Origin: Promethearchaeota archaeon
Lineage (GTDB): Archaea; Asgardarchaeota; Hermodarchaeia; Hermodarchaeales; Hermodarchaeaceae
NCBI GenBank assembly: GCA_048938295.1
Contig: JBHLMI010000032.1
Location: 1 to 24,885, forward strand
DNA length: 24,885 nucleotides
Direction of reading: 5' to 3'
Below the pieces are notes generated by a model, which did no database searches, was not told the origin of the DNA, and saw nothing but the letters and a program-made list of their open reading frames with translations. How positions within the stretch are numbered: the first letter of the stretch is position 1; each line of letters begins with the position of its first letter. Shown here in pieces: positions 23,748 through 24,885 of this stretch. The translations under genes were made by a program, and so were the position numbers.

Positions 23748-24885
23748 CCACCCAAAACAAAACAATCAAAATCGCCCCTGTGTCACGCGTCGAAGGGCAC
23801 GGAGCCATCACGATAAATTTAGACGAAAAAGGCAACGTCGCCAAAGCTCATTTTTCCGTCATGGACGTCCGTGGCTATGAAAAGTTCATGCAAAACCGCC
23901 CCGTCGAAGAAGCCAACCGCATCGCCACCCGGATGTGTGGCATCTGCCCGGTCAGCCACCACCTGACCTCTTCGAAAGCCGCCGACGCACTCTACGGTGT
24001 CGACCCACCACGAACTGCAAAACTGCTCCGAGAATTAATGCATCAAAATCAGATGGTCCACTCACACGTGCTCCACTTCTTCTATCTTGCCGCTCCTGAC
24101 CTCCTCATTCCCGACGGTGATCCTTCCACTCGACATGTCGTCACACTACTCAAACAAAATCCCGACTTGGTGAAAAAGATTATTCGCCTCCGCCAAATCG
24201 GACAAGATGGGATTAAAATCACTGGTGGACGATCAATTCACCCCGTCACGTCCCAAGCTGGAGGCATATCGAAACCTCTTAGCGAAGAGGAACGCGACGA
24301 GATGCTCAAATGGAACGACGAAGCCTTCACCCTCTTCCACGAGCTTTACCCCGTTGTTCGCCCCTTACTCGACAAGGTAGAACTTCTCGACCAACAAGAC
24401 ACCGCCTACGTCGGGCTCGTCAAGAACGGCAACCTCGAATTCTACGACGGCCCCATCCGCATCGTCGACCATGATGGCAAGCGCCTCGCTGAATTCCCCG
24501 TCAAAGACTACCTCAAATACATCGGCGAACACGTCGAAGACTACTCCTACCTCAAATTCCCCTTCTACCTCCCCAAAGGCTGGCCCAAAGGCATCTACCG
24601 CGTCGGCCCACTCGGCCGCATCAACGTCTGTGACAAAATCTCCACCCCCCAAGCCAACACCGAACTCGACACCCTCCGCGCCCAATTCGGCAACACCCCC
24701 GACCACAACTTCCTCTACCACTGGGCCCGACTCATCGAACTCCTCCACGCCATCGAACGCACCCACGAACTCCTCACCGACCCCGCCATCACCAACACCG
24801 ACATCATGACCACCTTCACCATCAAAGGCGGACGCGGCGTCGGCGTCCTCGAAGCCCCCCGCGGCCTCCTCATCCACGACTACAC
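23744..24885 (+). CDS. mvhA: [NiFe] hydrogenase large subunit, MvhA type (group 3c by context); truncated at the window edge and absent from the ORF track
   Basis: Manual translation from ATG 23744 (ATGA overlap) gives I.PVSRVEGHG...RGYEKF...L1 motif RMCGICPVSH...HFFYLAAPD...GGRSIHP...YRVGPLGR...EAPRGLLIHDY, open to the edge. Confidence 0.95.
   Translation, partial: MTTQNKTIKIAPVSRVEGHGAITINLDEKGNVAKAHFSVMDVRGYEKFMQNRPVEEANRIATRMCGICPVSHHLTSSKAADALYGVDPPRTAKLLRELMHQNQMVHSHVLHFFYLAAPDLLIPDGDPSTRHVVTLLKQNPDLVKKIIRLRQIGQDGIKITGGRSIHPVTSQAGGISKPLSEEERDEMLKWNDEAFTLFHELYPVVRPLLDKVELLDQQDTAYVGLVKNGNLEFYDGPIRIVDHDGKRLAEFPVKDYLKYIGEHVEDYSYLKFPFYLPKGWPKGIYRVGPLGRINVCDKISTPQANTELDTLRAQFGNTPDHNFLYHWARLIELLHAIERTHELLTDPAITNTDIMTTFTIKGGRGVGVLEAPRGLLIHDY

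Noticed and set aside
20560-24877. Long antisense or alternate-frame ORFs over hdrA/mvh (e.g. 21050-21580, 23301-23765, 24365-24877, 24471-24809)
   Set aside because: Shadows of the C-ending codon bias of the real genes, with low-complexity translations.
1-24885. CRISPR arrays, IS elements, integrases, tRNA or rRNA genes
   Set aside because: No regularly spaced repeats, transposase/integrase motifs or cloverleaf structures were seen by eye. tRNAscan-SE and a repeat finder would confirm.

Overview
Gene-dense archaeal chromosomal window (about 30 CDS). I found no CRISPR array, IS element, rRNA or tRNA. The left half is information-processing housekeeping: deoxyhypusine synthase (5' part only, truncated by the window edge) and aIF5A, Nob1, a Zn-finger protein, aEF-1beta, Cdc48 and a small winged-helix-like protein. 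Next comes the conserved RPA-like/PCNA/PriL/PriS/GINS/L44e/S27e/aIF2alpha/Nop10 cluster, followed by a large AglB/STT3 and gcvH. The middle holds an unexplained ~230-nt GC-rich, extensively base-paired non-coding element (14329-14559), a longin + winged-helix protein and a stand-alone 7-TM membrane protein. The right end is a tightly coupled energy operon, hdrC-hdrB-korD-korA-korB-korC-hdrA-mvhD-mvhG-mvhA (mvhA truncated by the window edge). The longin protein and eukaryote-type STT3 motifs suggest an Asgard archaeon, but this is inference and the lineage cannot be fixed from this window. The strongest leads are the orphan structured RNA, two genes that appear to need CTG start codons, the 2-oxoacid:ferredoxin oxidoreductase nested inside the Hdr/Mvh operon, the longin/7TM pair, and a sharp codon-composition mosaic within hdrA. 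All family calls come from motif recognition by eye; no database search was run.
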